A stretch of DNA of 35,825 bases from a virus (taxonomy: Duplodnaviria; Caudoviricetes): the IMG/VR virus record IMGVR_UViG_3300037419_001082, positions 1 to 35,825 of that record. One strand, given 5' to 3'. Numbering within the stretch: the stretch's first letter is position 1; each line of letters starts with the position of its first letter. Positions 34,166 through 35,825 of the stretch are shown here, one piece after another. The notes under the pieces were generated by a model. That model had not been told where the DNA came from. It worked only from the letters and a program-made list of their open reading frames with translations, and did no database searches. The position numbers and the translations under genes were made by a program.

Positions 34166-34918
34166 ATGAAGAAAATATATGATATTAAAGAAATTACAAA
34201 ACAAGAAGCGTTGGAGATGGTACAAAAATACCATTACTCCAACATTCTACCTCAATTAAATAAGAAGTTTATGGGATTTTATTTAAATGATGAATTAGTA
34301 GGAGTTGTTACTTTAGGTTGGGGAACAAGACCTGTGCATACAATTAAAAAATTATTTCCTAGTCTTGACTCAAAAGATTATTATGAAATTGGTCGCATGT
34401 GTATGACAGAAGAAATGGAACGTAATAGTGAAAGCCAAATGCTATCACAATTGATTAAATATATCAAGCAAAATATGAGAGAGATTAAAGTTCTTTTTAC
34501 ATGGGCAGATGGAATGTTGGGCAAAGTTGGATATGTGTATCAAGCATCCAACTTTTTATTTGCAGGTCATTCAGATACAGATTGTTATTTTAAAGATGGT
34601 GCAAAGCTTCATCCTCGACAAACAAAATCTATTTTTGGAACAGAAGGAGATAAACGTAAATCTATTAGACCAACAAAAGAACAGATGAAAGAATATGGCA
34701 TTGACCATTATCAAGGTCGTCAGTTTAGATATGTTTATTTTTTATGTGATAAAAGAGAAATTAAGAGGTTAAAAGATGAATGTTTGGTAGAATTAAATAT
34801 TAATTATCCAAAAGAAAAAGATTTGTATTGGAGAAAAAAGAATGAATTGGGTAAATGGGTTATATCAGAAAGACCATTGTATGATGTTAATGCAAATGAT
34901 GTAAAATTTAATCAATAA
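34166..34918 (+). CDS. Mom-family (GNAT-like) DNA adenine modification protein
   Basis: A..MV.KYHYS, GFY...LVGVVTLG, YEIGRM, NSESQ.LS, TWADG..G.VGYVYQASNF. Confidence 0.8.
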   Translation: MKKIYDIKEITKQEALEMVQKYHYSNILPQLNKKFMGFYLNDELVGVVTLGWGTRPVHTIKKLFPSLDSKDYYEIGRMCMTEEMERNSESQMLSQLIKYIKQNMREIKVLFTWADGMLGKVGYVYQASNFLFAGHSDTDCYFKDGAKLHPRQTKSIFGTEGDKRKSIRPTKEQMKEYGIDHYQGRQFRYVYFLCDKREIKRLKDECLVELNINYPKEKDLYWRKKNELGKWVISERPLYDVNANDVKFNQ

Positions 34919-34923
34919 ATGTA

Positions 34924-34952
34924 TTGACAAATACAATAAATAATGATATAAT
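34924..34952 (+). promoter_or_regulatory. Sigma-A promoter, conserved-spacer class
   Basis: TTGACA-AATACAATAAATAATGA-TATAAT. Confidence 0.9.
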
Positions 34953-34975
34953 TAATATTGTTGAGAGGTGATAAT

Positions 34976-35161
34976 ATGATAGAAGTTGAAAAAGATACTT
35001 TTAAATATTTTGTATCATATACGAACAAATTAAATGTTTTTATTGATACAATCATGACATTAAAAGGTACAGATTTTATGTTAGAGGGAAATTTAATCGC
35101 ACAAATCATTGGCAAAAAACATTTTATTAAGAGTCAATGGTATATACAAATGTTGGGGTAA
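34976..35161 (+). CDS. Hypothetical phage protein
   Basis: ORF track 34958; ATG 34976 after GAGGTG. Confidence 0.65.
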   Translation: MIEVEKDTFKYFVSYTNKLNVFIDTIMTLKGTDFMLEGNLIAQIIGKKHFIKSQWYIQMLG

Positions 35162-35178
35162 TAAAAGGAGATGATAAT

Positions 35179-35355
35179 ATGAAATGGGAATTTATACTTG
35201 CAGATGGAAGCACTATTCATATAGATGGCTCAAAAGATGCAGATTTTCGGTCATTACAATCAGTGATGAAGCTTTTAGAATTGAAAAGATGGATTGGAAT
35301 TTCAGAAAGCGAAGGAATTAGGACTTCAACTGTTATAAGAGTTAAACAAATATAA
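35179..35355 (+). CDS. Hypothetical phage protein
   Basis: ORF track 35137; ATG 35179 after AAGGAG. Confidence 0.7.
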   Translation: MKWEFILADGSTIHIDGSKDADFRSLQSVMKLLELKRWIGISESEGIRTSTVIRVKQI

Positions 35356-35377
35356 TAAATAATAAGGAGATGATAAT

Positions 35378-35728
35378 ATGTTATTAGAATTATTAGATGG
35401 TGGAATTACAAATATTATTTCGGACACTTGGCATTGGGATGGTTGTGAGACTTGTGATTATGGTAGTAAATATGTAAATGAATTTGAGATTCAATTGACT
35501 ACTAGAACTATCAGAATTGAAGCAAGTCGAATGTATGACTATATTTTATCAGAAGGTTATATGATGGAGTTATTTTTACCAAATGTCGATAACATTAAGA
35601 ATATGACAGAAGATACATTTGAACAATGGATTAAAGAACAAATTGATAAATTATTAGAAGAAGAAGATTTTGAAGTAAACATTTGTGGTTTAGTTGCTAG
35701 TGTAACCGTTGAGAAATATAATAAATAA
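35378..35728 (+). CDS. Hypothetical phage protein (CETCDYGS motif)
   Basis: 116 aa, RBS AAGGAG. Confidence 0.8.
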   Translation: MLLELLDGGITNIISDTWHWDGCETCDYGSKYVNEFEIQLTTRTIRIEASRMYDYILSEGYMMELFLPNVDNIKNMTEDTFEQWIKEQIDKLLEEEDFEVNICGLVASVTVEKYNK

Positions 35729-35741
35729 GGAGAGATTTAAT

Positions 35742-35825
35742 ATGATGATTGAAATTATCCAAGAAAAACGAGTTCCATCTAAACGATTTACTTTTGATAT
35801 AGCAAAGCATTTATATCAATATAAA
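35742..35825 (+). CDS. 5' end of a hypothetical protein (partial)
   Basis: RBS AAGGAG, ATG 35742, open to window end. Confidence 0.6.
   Translation, partial: MMIEIIQEKRVPSKRFTFDIAKHLYQYK

Larger units (their letters stand above)
1..35825 (+). mobile_element. Large Bacillota bacteriophage/prophage segment (SPbeta-like early, replication and nucleotide-metabolism modules)
   Basis: Unidirectional dense small ORFs with Bacillus-type RBS (AAGGAG/GAGGTG). Phage-type SSB, AAA ATPase, helicase, primase, RecJ, nrd genes, MrpR-like regulator, Mom-like enzyme and homing endonucleases. No housekeeping operons. Confidence 0.92.

Noticed and set aside
2161-35115. Minus-strand ORFs in the track (2161, 4106, 5459, 5777, 7435, 8100, 16163, 19817, 22128, 24961, 25389, 27453, 34912)
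   Set aside because: They overlap well-supported + strand genes or promoters, lack RBS, and have the F/I/L/S-rich composition of antisense shadows
13791-35730. TATAATAAATAA just upstream of RBSs at about 13791, 34141, 35351 and 35718
   Set aside because: Low complexity in AT-rich DNA; significance cannot be judged without a background model
1-35825. tRNA, rRNA, arbitrium (aimR/aimP) or structural virion genes
   Set aside because: No cloverleaf or T-loop signatures, TPR receptor/peptide pair or capsid/tail proteins were recognised in this window

Overview
AT-rich (~70% A+T) segment of a large Bacillota (Bacillus-type) bacteriophage or prophage. All credible genes are on the + strand. Gene content and order resemble SPbeta-like phages. 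1-10.8 kb is an early/accessory region of about 40 tiny ORFs driven by about 14 near-consensus sigma-A promoters. It includes an Ocr-like acidic DNA mimic, other acidic proteins, membrane micropeptides and a PD-(D/E)XK nuclease. 10.8-13.7 kb holds an M20/M28 metallopeptidase, an MrpR/YopR-like tyrosine-recombinase-fold regulator and an HTH protein. 13.8-26.3 kb is the replication module (SSB-like, AAA_24 ATPase, 3D protein, dNMP kinase, sigma factor, DnaB-like helicase, primase, RecJ). 26.6-35.8 kb holds an SPFH protein, a class I ribonucleotide reductase operon with a homing endonuclease, a PcfJ-like protein and a Mom-like DNA modification enzyme. The most striking unexplained signal is about 22 copies of a palindromic site, (TG)ATAAAA-N6-TTTTAT(CA), with a variable 6-bp core. 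Each copy sits between the stop codon of one small accessory gene and the RBS of the next, and none was seen around core genes. This architecture suggests an integron/dif-like phage gene-cassette array. Other signals are promoters embedded in long inverted repeats, a second promoter class with a conserved spacer (probable operator), and two candidate small RNAs. All family assignments are from motif recognition by eye; no database searches were run.
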